64,000 nt of DNA. Source: a virus. The notes beneath the pieces were generated by a model that searched no databases, had not been told where the DNA came from, and saw only the letters and a list, made by a program, of their open reading frames with translations. Positions 38,252 through 46,925 of this stretch are shown here, piece by piece; the first letter of the stretch is position 1, and every line of letters begins with the position of its first letter. The translations under genes and the position numbers were made by a program. The DNA lies in IMG/VR virus record IMGVR_UViG_3300019776_000961, positions 96,001-160,000 of that record; one strand, given 5' to 3'.

Positions 38252-38259
38252 TATAAATA
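38252..38259 (+). promoter_or_regulatory. T4-type late promoter TATAAATA
   Basis: 6 nt before ATG 38266. Confidence 0.75.
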
Positions 38260-38265
38260 CTTCAT

Positions 38266-38721
38266 ATGAGTTTTCTTAAGAAGTACCAAACGTATCTAAA
38301 TTTAGTTACTGAACAGGATGAACAAGGTGTTCAGCCACAGGATGCAACAGCACCTGATGCGGCCGCAGCTGTTCCTGCAGCACCAAGTGAGCCTACAACA
38401 GTAGCACCAGAGGGTTATGTGAACCTCGTTAAGCTTCTTGCAAAATCACTCGCAATGAATATTCCTGTTGGCAATATTGATGCGTTATTTGCTACAACAG
38501 AAGTTACAAGTGAGAATGCTTTTAATACGCAGGATGAGTTGGAGAAGTTTTTAAAGGAAAATGAAATACAATCTGATAATCCTGAAAGACTTGAAAATAT
38601 TAATTATAAAAAATTTATAAGTTCAGTTAATGCTACAAATTTTGAACAAAAATTAAAACAGTTAATTACAGCAATGGAGCAAAGAGATCCTTCTGTTAAA
38701 CAACTTTTCCCTACAAGCTAA
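38266..38721 (+). CDS. Hypothetical late protein
   Basis: TATAAATA 6 nt upstream; first gene of a coupled 3-gene unit. Confidence 0.7.
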   Translation: MSFLKKYQTYLNLVTEQDEQGVQPQDATAPDAAAAVPAAPSEPTTVAPEGYVNLVKLLAKSLAMNIPVGNIDALFATTEVTSENAFNTQDELEKFLKENEIQSDNPERLENINYKKFISSVNATNFEQKLKQLITAMEQRDPSVKQLFPTS

Positions 38722-40049
38722 TGAAGTACAAGAGTTTAAAAGAAGTATATGCAGAAAAAAGTCTAGGTATTGTATTGCCGCCTCTTAGACGTCAACTTGC
38801 ATATCAGAATATTTTAATTAACGAAGGCGGTGCAGGTGGTAGTATGATCCATCCATTCGATGTACCAGGGGTACGAACAGGTACAGATCTAATAGATATA
38901 TTTGATGAAGCTGTAAAGAGTATTCAATCAGAAAGACCCGCGGTAAAGATTGATGGTGCAAATGTCTCTATTAAGATTGCACGCGATATTGAAGGTAATA
39001 TCAATCGTAATGCAGAAGGTGGAATGGAATTCGGTATTGAAAGAGGTACAAAGAAAGAAGATGATATAAAAGGTGTTACTCTTGACCGACTCGGATCACG
39101 TTTTGTTAATAAAGCTGATCCCTCAAAGCCACACGGTCTTATTGAAGCTGGTGGTATAATTCTCAATATTTTTAATACAGCATTACCATCGATTGAAGGT
39201 GATCTTCAAAAGCTAAAATTTTTCGGCAAAGAAGACCAGCGATTCTTCAATATGGAGTATGTTTATGGTCATACAAATGTCATCGGTTATGATAAGAACT
39301 TCCTCGCAATACACGGTATTAATGAAATTAATATAGTAACAAGAAAAGCGAAAGAAGTTGGCTACAATAAAAATGTACTTGAGAGTATTATAAAGAAGAT
39401 ACGCCCTATTGCAAAACAATATGGTTTTGATGTATATAGTACAATACCTGCAGAGTTTGATGAAGATAATACTGAGGTTGATTTCAGCCCGGCCCTTAGA
39501 ACTAATTTAACTGTAAGATATACACCAGAACATGCTGTTACAAAGTCTATTGCTGCGTGGTTAAAAGAGTGTAATAATCCGACAGGCAAGACAGTTGTAC
39601 TCGCTGACAATAAGCGCATAAGTGCTATGGGGTTACAGAATTATGGAATTATAATGCAAGGCACACCTCTCGATACAGCTATAAAAGACGGCAATGATGT
39701 ACAAATAAATGATGCGATCTGTGGTGCGGTATTTTTACATGCAACACTTCTTATGGGGCAAATACTTAAAAACTCATTGCGTTCTGATATTGGGCATGTA
39801 GGTGCGCATGAAGGTATTGTTGTACGTAATTTAATGTTTAAAGGCAAACCTGTCGGTGTACCTGTAAAATTCACAGGTGAATTTATCGTTGGCAAGGAAG
39901 CTGGTAAGTTTGCAAAGAGCCAGGATGATGAAGATGCAAATCAGCAAATGGTTAATAATTTAAATCGTGGTTATATGGCTGAACCACGGATGCCATGGTC
40001 AGGTCCAGGTGAAGGTAATCCTCCTGGTACAACAGGTGTTAATGTATGA
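38721..40049 (+). CDS. Hypothetical protein with a KxDG motif (ligase-like nucleotidyltransferase candidate)
   Basis: HPFD...AVKIDGAN, FFNMEYV, HEGIVVR pattern resembles ligase motifs I, III and IV. Confidence 0.5.
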   Translation: MKYKSLKEVYAEKSLGIVLPPLRRQLAYQNILINEGGAGGSMIHPFDVPGVRTGTDLIDIFDEAVKSIQSERPAVKIDGANVSIKIARDIEGNINRNAEGGMEFGIERGTKKEDDIKGVTLDRLGSRFVNKADPSKPHGLIEAGGIILNIFNTALPSIEGDLQKLKFFGKEDQRFFNMEYVYGHTNVIGYDKNFLAIHGINEINIVTRKAKEVGYNKNVLESIIKKIRPIAKQYGFDVYSTIPAEFDEDNTEVDFSPALRTNLTVRYTPEHAVTKSIAAWLKECNNPTGKTVVLADNKRISAMGLQNYGIIMQGTPLDTAIKDGNDVQINDAICGAVFLHATLLMGQILKNSLRSDIGHVGAHEGIVVRNLMFKGKPVGVPVKFTGEFIVGKEAGKFAKSQDDEDANQQMVNNLNRGYMAEPRMPWSGPGEGNPPGTTGVNV

Positions 40050-40687
40050 AGTTTGATTTCCTATTTGAAGAATTAATTAATCAGTTTAAACCTTCAGGCG
40101 GCAAAACTGTCGCTATTTTACCTGGAGGATTTAAACCACCTCATAAAGGGCATTTTGATGCACTTAATTATCTTCTTGAAGAAGCTGATAGTGGTATTGT
40201 TTATGTAGGTGGTAAAGTAAGAGAAGGTGTCAATATTACAGCTGATCAATCAAAACAGATCTGGGATATTTATAAAAAGTATCTCAGCAAACCTGTTGAG
40301 GTTTATATAGCAACAGATATTAAGACAATACCTGGGCCGAACGGAGAACAGCCAAAAAATGAATACATACAATCACCCATTCAGGCTACCTACCAGTACG
40401 CCAATACACATAATAATGAAAATATTATTGTAGGTATCGGTCCGGAAGAAGATCCAAATGAATTAAAGCGTTATGCAACTTTTCAAAAGAATCCTGAAAA
40501 ATATCCGCTAGTAAAAATTGTGAATATACCGCCAATGCATAAAAGAATCTCTGGAACAGCAATACGTCAGAAGATTGCATCAGGTGCAAGGGATGCTGTC
40601 GAATACTTTATACCGACACATAATGATGGTAGTCAGTTAATTTCTAATCAAGATAAGCAGAAGATTGCTAAGATTCTTGGTATCTAA
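40046..40687 (+). CDS. HxGH (cytidylyltransferase-like) nucleotidyltransferase
   Basis: ILPGGFKPPHKGH ... RISGTAIRQ. Confidence 0.85.
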   Translation: MKFDFLFEELINQFKPSGGKTVAILPGGFKPPHKGHFDALNYLLEEADSGIVYVGGKVREGVNITADQSKQIWDIYKKYLSKPVEVYIATDIKTIPGPNGEQPKNEYIQSPIQATYQYANTHNNENIIVGIGPEEDPNELKRYATFQKNPEKYPLVKIVNIPPMHKRISGTAIRQKIASGARDAVEYFIPTHNDGSQLISNQDKQKIAKILGI

Positions 40688-41332
40688 TTACTTCTTTGCT
40701 TCAAGAGCTGTAATTGTCTCATAGAGTACATTTTCAATTACATCTTTTGATTCTGTAGCTAAAAGTTTTTTAAGTACACTTAATAGTGAACCTCCTCCGG
40801 AAGAAATAGAATTATATAAATCATGTTCTGTTTCTTCCTCTATATTCTCGAGGTCACTATCTACTTTATTCTTAAACGCCTGATAGTCCTGATAACCATA
40901 TACTGATTCAATACCTTTTTGTGCTTCAACAATTTTAGCAAGAACCCATGGTTCAATATGTTCACTTCCTTCGATTAAATCATGTAACATTGCTGAAAGC
41001 TTTACTAAACGATATAAACTCTGTTTTGCCATATCAGCATTTTCATGTTCTTCACCACCAGGCACACCTATTTCACCTTCACAGGTTTCACATGCTTCAT
41101 TATCCATATAGCAGCTTTCACAATCCTCCTCCGGATTTGCATTGCCACACGATCCACCACAACCACAGCTACATCCTCTTACAGGTGGTTTAAAATCCTT
41201 AATTTGTGTACTGTGATCACCACCAAACTGACCAGGTCCATCAGCATCAACAGCATTATAATCAACAGTATCCTCTGTAATTATCTTATGTGTATATATC
41301 TCATTGAGAAGGTGATAATCTTTTGCAAACAT
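40688..41332 (-). CDS. Hypothetical acidic, Cys-rich late protein
   Basis: Likely start MFAKDY at 41332, 7 nt after TAAATA; CSCGCGGSC and MAKQSLYRL...LEPWV-type segments. Confidence 0.65.
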   Translation of the reverse strand: MFAKDYHLLNEIYTHKIITEDTVDYNAVDADGPGQFGGDHSTQIKDFKPPVRGCSCGCGGSCGNANPEEDCESCYMDNEACETCEGEIGVPGGEEHENADMAKQSLYRLVKLSAMLHDLIEGSEHIEPWVLAKIVEAQKGIESVYGYQDYQAFKNKVDSDLENIEEETEHDLYNSISSGGGSLLSVLKKLLATESKDVIENVLYETITALEAKK

Positions 41333-41339
41333 ATACAAA

Positions 41340-41365
41340 TATTTAGTCTTTCTGCTGTATAAATA
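41340..41365. promoter_or_regulatory. Divergent pair of late boxes
   Basis: Minus TAAATA 41340-41345; plus TATAAATA 41358-41365. Confidence 0.7.
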
Positions 41366-41370
41366 ATAAT

Positions 41371-41682
41371 ATGCGAGGTTTATTTGAGTCATACTTTATA
41401 TCGCTTTTAGAAGAAAAAAACGGACCAAGTCTTTCTATAAAACGCGGTGAGAAATTACCTGTAAGTAGAGGTGGAGGTCTAACAGCAAAGGGTCGTAGAA
41501 AGTATAATAGAGCAACAGGATCTAATTTAAAAGCACCTGTTACCGGAAAGGTAAAGAAAGGCTCAAAGGCATCAAAAAGAAGAAAAAGCTTTTGTGCACG
41601 CTCACGAGCTTGGATTCCAGCAGGTGGGTGTGCAGGTAAGAAAACACGTGGTTGCGCAGCAAGAAGGAGATGGAAATGCTAA
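41371..41682 (+). CDS. Basic hypothetical late protein (RRKSFCAR motif)
   Basis: GGLTAKGRRKYN...NLKAPV...RRKSFCARS...ARRRWKC; TATAAATA 5 nt upstream. Confidence 0.7.
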   Translation: MRGLFESYFISLLEEKNGPSLSIKRGEKLPVSRGGGLTAKGRRKYNRATGSNLKAPVTGKVKKGSKASKRRKSFCARSRAWIPAGGCAGKKTRGCAARRRWKC

Positions 41683-42170
41683 CATTTAAACAATTTTTAG
41701 ACGAAAAGCATTGCTGGAAGGGCTATGTAAAGCGTGGTATGAAGAAGAAAGGTAACCGCATGGTTAACAACTGTGTTAAAGAGGATACTGAAAATCGTCC
41801 TATACTCGGTGTTGTAGAGGAAATGATTATAGATGGTGTTGGTAAGTGTCTCGCAAAAATTGATAGTGGCAATGAAGCTTATAATGTACTCCATGGCGTC
41901 GATGTTGTAATAGGAGATAAAGAATTCACATGTACAACTCTTAATGATAAACAAATACGCAAACCATTAATTAGTACAATTCAAATTAACATCGGTAGCG
42001 GTATAAAAGAAGAAAGACCGGTTACAACATTTGATATTGTTTTAGATGGCAAAACTTATAAGAATATACCATTTAGTATATCTGATCGTACTGAAAATGA
42101 AGAAAAGGTTCTCGTTGGAGAACCCTTTATTCGTGACTTAAATGCTCTTATCGATGTAGATAAGAAGTAA
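41676..42170 (+). CDS. Retropepsin-like aspartic peptidase candidate
   Basis: LAKIDSGN catalytic motif, ERP, DR...LVG; likely start MLTFKQF at 41676. Confidence 0.7.
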   Translation: MLTFKQFLDEKHCWKGYVKRGMKKKGNRMVNNCVKEDTENRPILGVVEEMIIDGVGKCLAKIDSGNEAYNVLHGVDVVIGDKEFTCTTLNDKQIRKPLISTIQINIGSGIKEERPVTTFDIVLDGKTYKNIPFSISDRTENEEKVLVGEPFIRDLNALIDVDKK

Positions 42171-42821
42171 TTACTTCTTCATATTTGAAATGAAGTCATA
42201 GAATTCTGCGCGTGTCGCAGCATCGTTGAGGAAATCACCGCTCAACTTACTAGTCTTCATCTCACAACCATCGTGCTTTACACCGCGGAGACAAGCACAA
42301 GTATGTGTAGCACTCACCATAACTGCAACCCCGTCATTCTGCTCACAAACATCATCAATTGCATTATGAATCTGAACCGTAAGGCCTTCCTGAATCTGAG
42401 GCCGGCGTGCGTAATGCTCTACAATACGATTAAGCTTTGAGAGCCCGATAACACGTCCTTCCTTGGAGGGTATATATGCAACGTGTGCTACACCGGTGAA
42501 AGCTAGATGATGATGACTACACATTGACTTTACAGGTATACCGCCCTGGAATACCATTCCATCATAACCGTTACTTGGAAATGATGTAATCTTCGGTGGT
42601 ACCTCATAACATCCAGCTGCAAGATCATTAACAAACGCCTTAGCAACTCTAAGCGGTGTACCAGTGCTATTAGGATCATCACGCCAATCAAAGCCGAGTG
42701 CATCCAGATATGCCTCATAAGCTTTAGCAGCTCTTTCAATTATTGATTGCTTTTCTTCAGTAGAGCGTGGGTGATTACCATTAGCTTCTTTAAGCTTAAC
42801 TTCTTTAGTATATTCTTCCAT
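42171..42821 (-). CDS. folE: GTP cyclohydrolase I
   Basis: TPLRVAKA, SMCSHH, GLSKLNR, RPQIQE, HTCACLRGV; likely start ATG 42821. Confidence 0.96.
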   Translation of the reverse strand: MEEYTKEVKLKEANGNHPRSTEEKQSIIERAAKAYEAYLDALGFDWRDDPNSTGTPLRVAKAFVNDLAAGCYEVPPKITSFPSNGYDGMVFQGGIPVKSMCSHHHLAFTGVAHVAYIPSKEGRVIGLSKLNRIVEHYARRPQIQEGLTVQIHNAIDDVCEQNDGVAVMVSATHTCACLRGVKHDGCEMKTSKLSGDFLNDAATRAEFYDFISNMKK

Positions 42822-42834
42822 AGTTATACCTACT

Positions 42835-42862
42835 ATAATAACCACATATTGCTGTAATTCAA
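42835..42862 (-). promoter_or_regulatory. Sigma70-like promoter TTGAAT-N16-TATTAT (folE)
   Basis: Read directly; spacer counted. Confidence 0.65.
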
Positions 42863-42875
42863 CATAAATATTTTA

Positions 42876-43298
42876 GTGAAATACAATTTGGTTATTGAAA
42901 ATCAATTAAAGAGACTTACATCACTGCAGAAAGTACGTGTCAAAGTTGACCCAAGACATGTAAGCGCAGAATCTGATCTTAGTAATTGTCCATCATATGA
43001 AGGATATGTTCTAGAAGAAGGTTTATCAAAGCTTAAGATTCTTGTTATGCCACCGGATCTATCAATAGAAGAGATACCTGCAGAATTAATTGAATTCTTA
43101 GCAGACGAGCAAAAAGAAAATGTATATGAAGAGCTTATTGTACACATTATTGATAAGCTTAACCTTAAAGAGGGTGATCCGCTTATTCAGCAATTATTAA
43201 ATTGTAGCAATATAGATGAAATAGAACAATTTATAAGTAATCAGGGCGTAGATGATGAACAACTCTCAGAATTATATAAGGAGTTTATTATATCATGA
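42876..43298 (+). CDS. Hypothetical late protein
   Basis: GTG start 5 nt after ATAAATA. Confidence 0.65.
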   Translation: MKYNLVIENQLKRLTSLQKVRVKVDPRHVSAESDLSNCPSYEGYVLEEGLSKLKILVMPPDLSIEEIPAELIEFLADEQKENVYEELIVHIIDKLNLKEGDPLIQQLLNCSNIDEIEQFISNQGVDDEQLSELYKEFIIS

Positions 43299-43873
43299 AT
43301 AAATTTGATCAATTAGCTAATGCAGCATTAGCTGAAGAAGGTATTGGAAGACATTTAAAGGCGATAGGTAGATCGGTCATATCACCATTAGCTATAGCAC
43401 AAGGTGCTGGCAGCGTCTTAAAAGGTGTAGGTAATGTAGCAGGAGCATTTGGTGCAAAGACTTGGCAGGATGTACTTTCAAAACCCGCTGACATTGCTGC
43501 ATCGGCAAAAGAAAAATACAAAGAATTTCAAAAATGGAAGCGTGACCCTGATTACTTGAGAGATAAGGAAAAATGGTGGGAAGGCGATGCAGGTAATATG
43601 GAGAAAAAATTACCAAGTAGAGGCGACATTTTTCAACTAGTTCTTAATAAAAAAGCCCTAAAAGGACAAGTCGTAAAAAAGAGAAAATCAGGTACTGATA
43701 TTATCTATAGCATTTTAACAAATGCAAAAGATGTAAAGTCAATTGAATTAATAATTAGTAAAGATGGCAGATTTACATCTAATCTACGTACGAAATCCGG
43801 CAACATTAAAACAAATATTAATGCAAGGCTTATGCCTACAGGTAAAAAGGGATATTGGATTTTAAAAGTATAA
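43295..43873 (+). CDS. Hypothetical late protein
   Basis: ATGA-coupled; MNKFDQLANAALAEE N-terminus. Confidence 0.65.
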   Translation: MNKFDQLANAALAEEGIGRHLKAIGRSVISPLAIAQGAGSVLKGVGNVAGAFGAKTWQDVLSKPADIAASAKEKYKEFQKWKRDPDYLRDKEKWWEGDAGNMEKKLPSRGDIFQLVLNKKALKGQVVKKRKSGTDIIYSILTNAKDVKSIELIISKDGRFTSNLRTKSGNIKTNINARLMPTGKKGYWILKV

Positions 43874-43876
43874 ATA
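43869..43876 (+). promoter_or_regulatory. T4-type late promoter TATAAATA
   Basis: 5 nt before ATG 43882. Confidence 0.7.
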
Positions 43877-43881
43877 TTTTT

Positions 43882-44103
43882 ATGCCATATAGAATTGTTA
43901 AATCAGGTAATAAGTTTAAGGTGATGAAGAAAGGTGGTGATGGCCATGTTTTTGGCACTCACCCATCCAAAAAAGCAGCTCAAAAACAAATATCTGCTAT
44001 ATATGCTAATGAATCAGAAGAGACCAAAACAAAGGTTAATGAATCATTTGATGATTTAGTCAATAATTTTTTAAGAAATATTCATTTTCCTAAAAATAGT
44101 TAG
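43882..44103 (+). CDS. Small basic late protein
   Basis: MPYRIVK...GTHPSKKAAQKQISAIYANE; ATG 5 nt after TATAAATA. Confidence 0.65.
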   Translation: MPYRIVKSGNKFKVMKKGGDGHVFGTHPSKKAAQKQISAIYANESEETKTKVNESFDDLVNNFLRNIHFPKNS

Positions 44104-44131
44104 TTGCCTTTTATTCGGCACTCATTATAAT
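44104..44131 (+). promoter_or_regulatory. Sigma70-like promoter TTGCCT-N16-TATAAT (distal queD promoter)
   Basis: Read directly. Confidence 0.6.
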
Positions 44132-44182
44132 ATTAATAGATATAGAAAGAATAGTACTATCTGTTATTTTCTGATATATTAG

Positions 44183-44210
44183 TTGATTACAGAAAAAGCG
44201 ATAGTATACT
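44183..44210 (+). promoter_or_regulatory. Sigma70-like promoter TTGATT-N16-TATACT (queD)
   Basis: 8 nt before ATG 44219. Confidence 0.72.
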
Positions 44211-44218
44211 GATATTAT

Positions 44219-44893
44219 ATGAATTTTAAAAGTACTAAGATTATTGAATTAGGGAGTTGTGCATTTAGACAATTCGGAGCCAATCATAGTCATTGTCAGT
44301 ATCTACATGGTTATCAGCTTAAAGCTAAATTTGTTTTTGGATCATCCTCATTAGATAGTAGAAACTGGGTTGTTGACTTCGGTGGTCTTAAGAAACTTAA
44401 AGAGACTTTACAAAATCAATTCGATCATACACTTTGTATTGCAGCAAATGATCCATGTATTGATCTTTTTAAACAACTTGAAAATGCAGGAGCATGTGTT
44501 CTTCGTATCATGCCTGATGGTGTAGGTATAGAGAAGACAGCAGAATGGTGTTTTGAAGCAGCTTCATCATTTGTTACACAACACTACGGTGATCGTTGTT
44601 GGGTAGAATCAGTTGAAGTATTTGAACATGAAGCAAATTCAGCTATTTACAGTAAACCAAAGGAAATAACTTATGCAAAAGCTGTTCATTCAGTTGACAC
44701 ACAAGATCTGCCAAATATTACATCGACAAATAATGTTCAGGAACCGGAAGTTAAAACAGTGGCTGAAAATACTATATCATCTGCAGCAGGAATTGATTCA
44801 GGTAATATACACCGGCCAGAGGGTGTACCACTGAGAAATCCAGTTACATCAGGATGGGGTAACCCGTTTAAGGGAACAAGTTGGGGTGTGTAA
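44219..44893 (+). CDS. queD: 6-carboxy-5,6,7,8-tetrahydropterin synthase with C-terminal extension
   Basis: CAFRQ...HCQYLHGY, WVVDFG, FDHT, VEVFEH. Confidence 0.9.
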   Translation: MNFKSTKIIELGSCAFRQFGANHSHCQYLHGYQLKAKFVFGSSSLDSRNWVVDFGGLKKLKETLQNQFDHTLCIAANDPCIDLFKQLENAGACVLRIMPDGVGIEKTAEWCFEAASSFVTQHYGDRCWVESVEVFEHEANSAIYSKPKEITYAKAVHSVDTQDLPNITSTNNVQEPEVKTVAENTISSAAGIDSGNIHRPEGVPLRNPVTSGWGNPFKGTSWGV

Positions 44894-45306
44894 TGAATGC
44901 AGAGCATTTGCATCAAATTTACGGCGGTGACATAGCCGATTACATTAACCTTCCTAAAGAAGGAATCAAAGCTGTACGAAACATTAATCAATTAATTGCT
45001 AGTGATAATGCACTAGAGAGTATATATGATAGTCAAGTTAAGCAAAAAGGTGCCATTGATACTTCTAACATATATGTTAATAGGCCAAATATGCAGAGCT
45101 TAATTGAACGTCAGCCTGATAAATTTGAACAGATGCTAGCTGATACACTCAATCGCGTAGCACGTGAAATTGGTGCTGTTGATGAGGTACCGGTACGCGA
45201 AGTACCTAGTGTGCAGCCGAGGGAGCAGACCCAGGACGATATTCGTCATGCACAAAATGAGATTGTCCGTGCAATGGCTGAGTTGAAGGACCTCGGAGCT
45301 CTTTAG
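44893..45306 (+). CDS. Hypothetical protein
   Basis: TAATG coupling to queD gives start MNAEHL at 44893. Confidence 0.55.
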   Translation: MNAEHLHQIYGGDIADYINLPKEGIKAVRNINQLIASDNALESIYDSQVKQKGAIDTSNIYVNRPNMQSLIERQPDKFEQMLADTLNRVAREIGAVDEVPVREVPSVQPREQTQDDIRHAQNEIVRAMAELKDLGAL

Positions 45307-46087
45307 TATTTGTTACAGGCATAATACCTTTGAATACATGTGTAACATAACGGCAGAGCTCTGAACGTACAATATGATCTTCAGTAAGTTCAACACAATG
45401 TACACCGTGTTGCTTTGCATCTTCATTATCGAATGCTTTATAGACAGTATTAAAGCCTGATTTACCACTTGGTAAATCTGATTGATCAGGGTCACCACAG
45501 ATAATCATTTTACTAAATTCACCCATACGTGTAAAGAGTGTCTGTAGTTCGCGAATTGTTAAATTTTGACTCTCATCACAGCATACAAATTTTACTGCAA
45601 AGTGTAAGCCACGCGCAAAGTTAATAGGACAAATAGTTATTCTATTATCTTTATGTAAGCGATGAATTTGTGGCTCTGTTACGAGCTCTGTAAATTTTTC
45701 ATTAAAAGGCGTCATATATACATTAACCTTTTCGTTAATGTCACCTGGTAAATATCCAAGCTTTGAATCTGAACTCTCGACTGCTGACCGTACCAGTACA
45801 ATATCTGATACTTTTCTTGTATTAAGAAGTTGCAAACCAAGATACATTGATAAAATTGTTTTTGATGTACCAGCAGGTCCCTTGAGAATCATAAGTTTTG
45901 TATTCTTATCAAGAAAGAGATTTATAATTTCCTTCTGCTTATCTGTCCAAGGAAGCTCTCGAACATTAAGAGTGAAATCAATTTTCTCTCTTTGGGCTAC
46001 GTAGGGCGAAGTGTCGTTAGAAACAGGCTCGACACTTTTCGCTAAGGGAGCGGAGGCAGCTGTTTTCACAGCTTTCTTCTTTTTCAT
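45206..46087 (-). CDS. phoH: PhoH-like ATPase
   Basis: GPAGTSKT, LGYLPG, FARG, DESQN, TRMGE, GD..QSD, VRS. Confidence 0.93.
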   Translation of the reverse strand: MKKKKAVKTAASAPLAKSVEPVSNDTSPYVAQREKIDFTLNVRELPWTDKQKEIINLFLDKNTKLMILKGPAGTSKTILSMYLGLQLLNTRKVSDIVLVRSAVESSDSKLGYLPGDINEKVNVYMTPFNEKFTELVTEPQIHRLHKDNRITICPINFARGLHFAVKFVCCDESQNLTIRELQTLFTRMGEFSKMIICGDPDQSDLPSGKSGFNTVYKAFDNEDAKQHGVHCVELTEDHIVRSELCRYVTHVFKGIMPVTNTKELRGPSTQPLHGQSHFVHDEYRPGSAPSAAH

Positions 46088-46114
46088 CTTAAATTATTTA
46101 ATCAAAGTTCACCG

Positions 46115-46142
46115 TTGATATCTACATAAAATAATCTATTAT
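46115..46142 (+). promoter_or_regulatory. Sigma70-like promoter TTGATA-N16-TATTAT (queE)
   Basis: 7 nt before ATG 46150. Confidence 0.68.
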
Positions 46143-46149
46143 TATTGTA

Positions 46150-46914
46150 ATGAGTACTATTGATATTAATACAGAGAGTCTTTTTTTATCTGATGATAAA
46201 GTTTTTTATACTATAGAAGGGGAGGGTGAGTATGTAGGTAAGCCTTCTGTTTTTATGCGCATGTCAATGTGTAATTTAACATGCATTGGTTTTTCATCAC
46301 CTGATTCACCAAACGGTTGTGACTCCTTTGTATCATGGTCAGTAAAGAATAAAATGACATTTGCAGAAATTTTTAAGCTTATGGAAGATAATAACTACGT
46401 TCAGCATCTTGCTGATGGAGCTATTCTCAAGCTTACAGGTGGTGAACCTCTCATTCAACAAAAACAACTTATTAAGTTTGTTAAAGCATTCATGCAGAAG
46501 TATGAGATTCTTCCTATTATTGACTTCGAGACTAATGCTACATTAATGCCTGATCCAGAGTGGAGAGAGCTCTACGGTGCTACATTTACTACATCACCTA
46601 AGCTTCGTTCAAACGGTGATCCTGAGGATAAAACATATAAACCAGAAGTCCTTAAGTGGCATTCAGAGAATAATTCAGGATTTAAATTTGTCATTAATTC
46701 AGATAAGGATATTGAAGAGATTTGGGAGAAATACGTTAAAGATAAAAATGGTATTAATGTTAAGCTTAACCGTATTTGGTTTATGCCATGTTGCGGATCA
46801 CGTCAAGAACATTCTGAGCGCTCGGCTGCAGTTGCTGAGTATGCAAAGGCACTTCATGTTAATTTTAGTCCGCGTCTTCAGCTTGTAATTTGGGATAAAG
46901 CACTAAAGGTATAA
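46150..46914 (+). CDS. queE: 7-carboxy-7-deazaguanine synthase (radical SAM)
   Basis: FYTIEGEG..VG.PSVFMR, CNLTC...CDS, TGGEP, ETN, SPK, PRLQL. Confidence 0.93.
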   Translation: MSTIDINTESLFLSDDKVFYTIEGEGEYVGKPSVFMRMSMCNLTCIGFSSPDSPNGCDSFVSWSVKNKMTFAEIFKLMEDNNYVQHLADGAILKLTGGEPLIQQKQLIKFVKAFMQKYEILPIIDFETNATLMPDPEWRELYGATFTTSPKLRSNGDPEDKTYKPEVLKWHSENNSGFKFVINSDKDIEEIWEKYVKDKNGINVKLNRIWFMPCCGSRQEHSERSAAVAEYAKALHVNFSPRLQLVIWDKALKV

Positions 46915-46925
46915 TAAATACTTTG

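Noticed and set aside
41664-41669. AAGGAG Shine-Dalgarno before the peptidase start
   Set aside because: It is also explained by Arg codons of the overlapping upstream ORF; a single case is too weak against the general lack of SD motifs.
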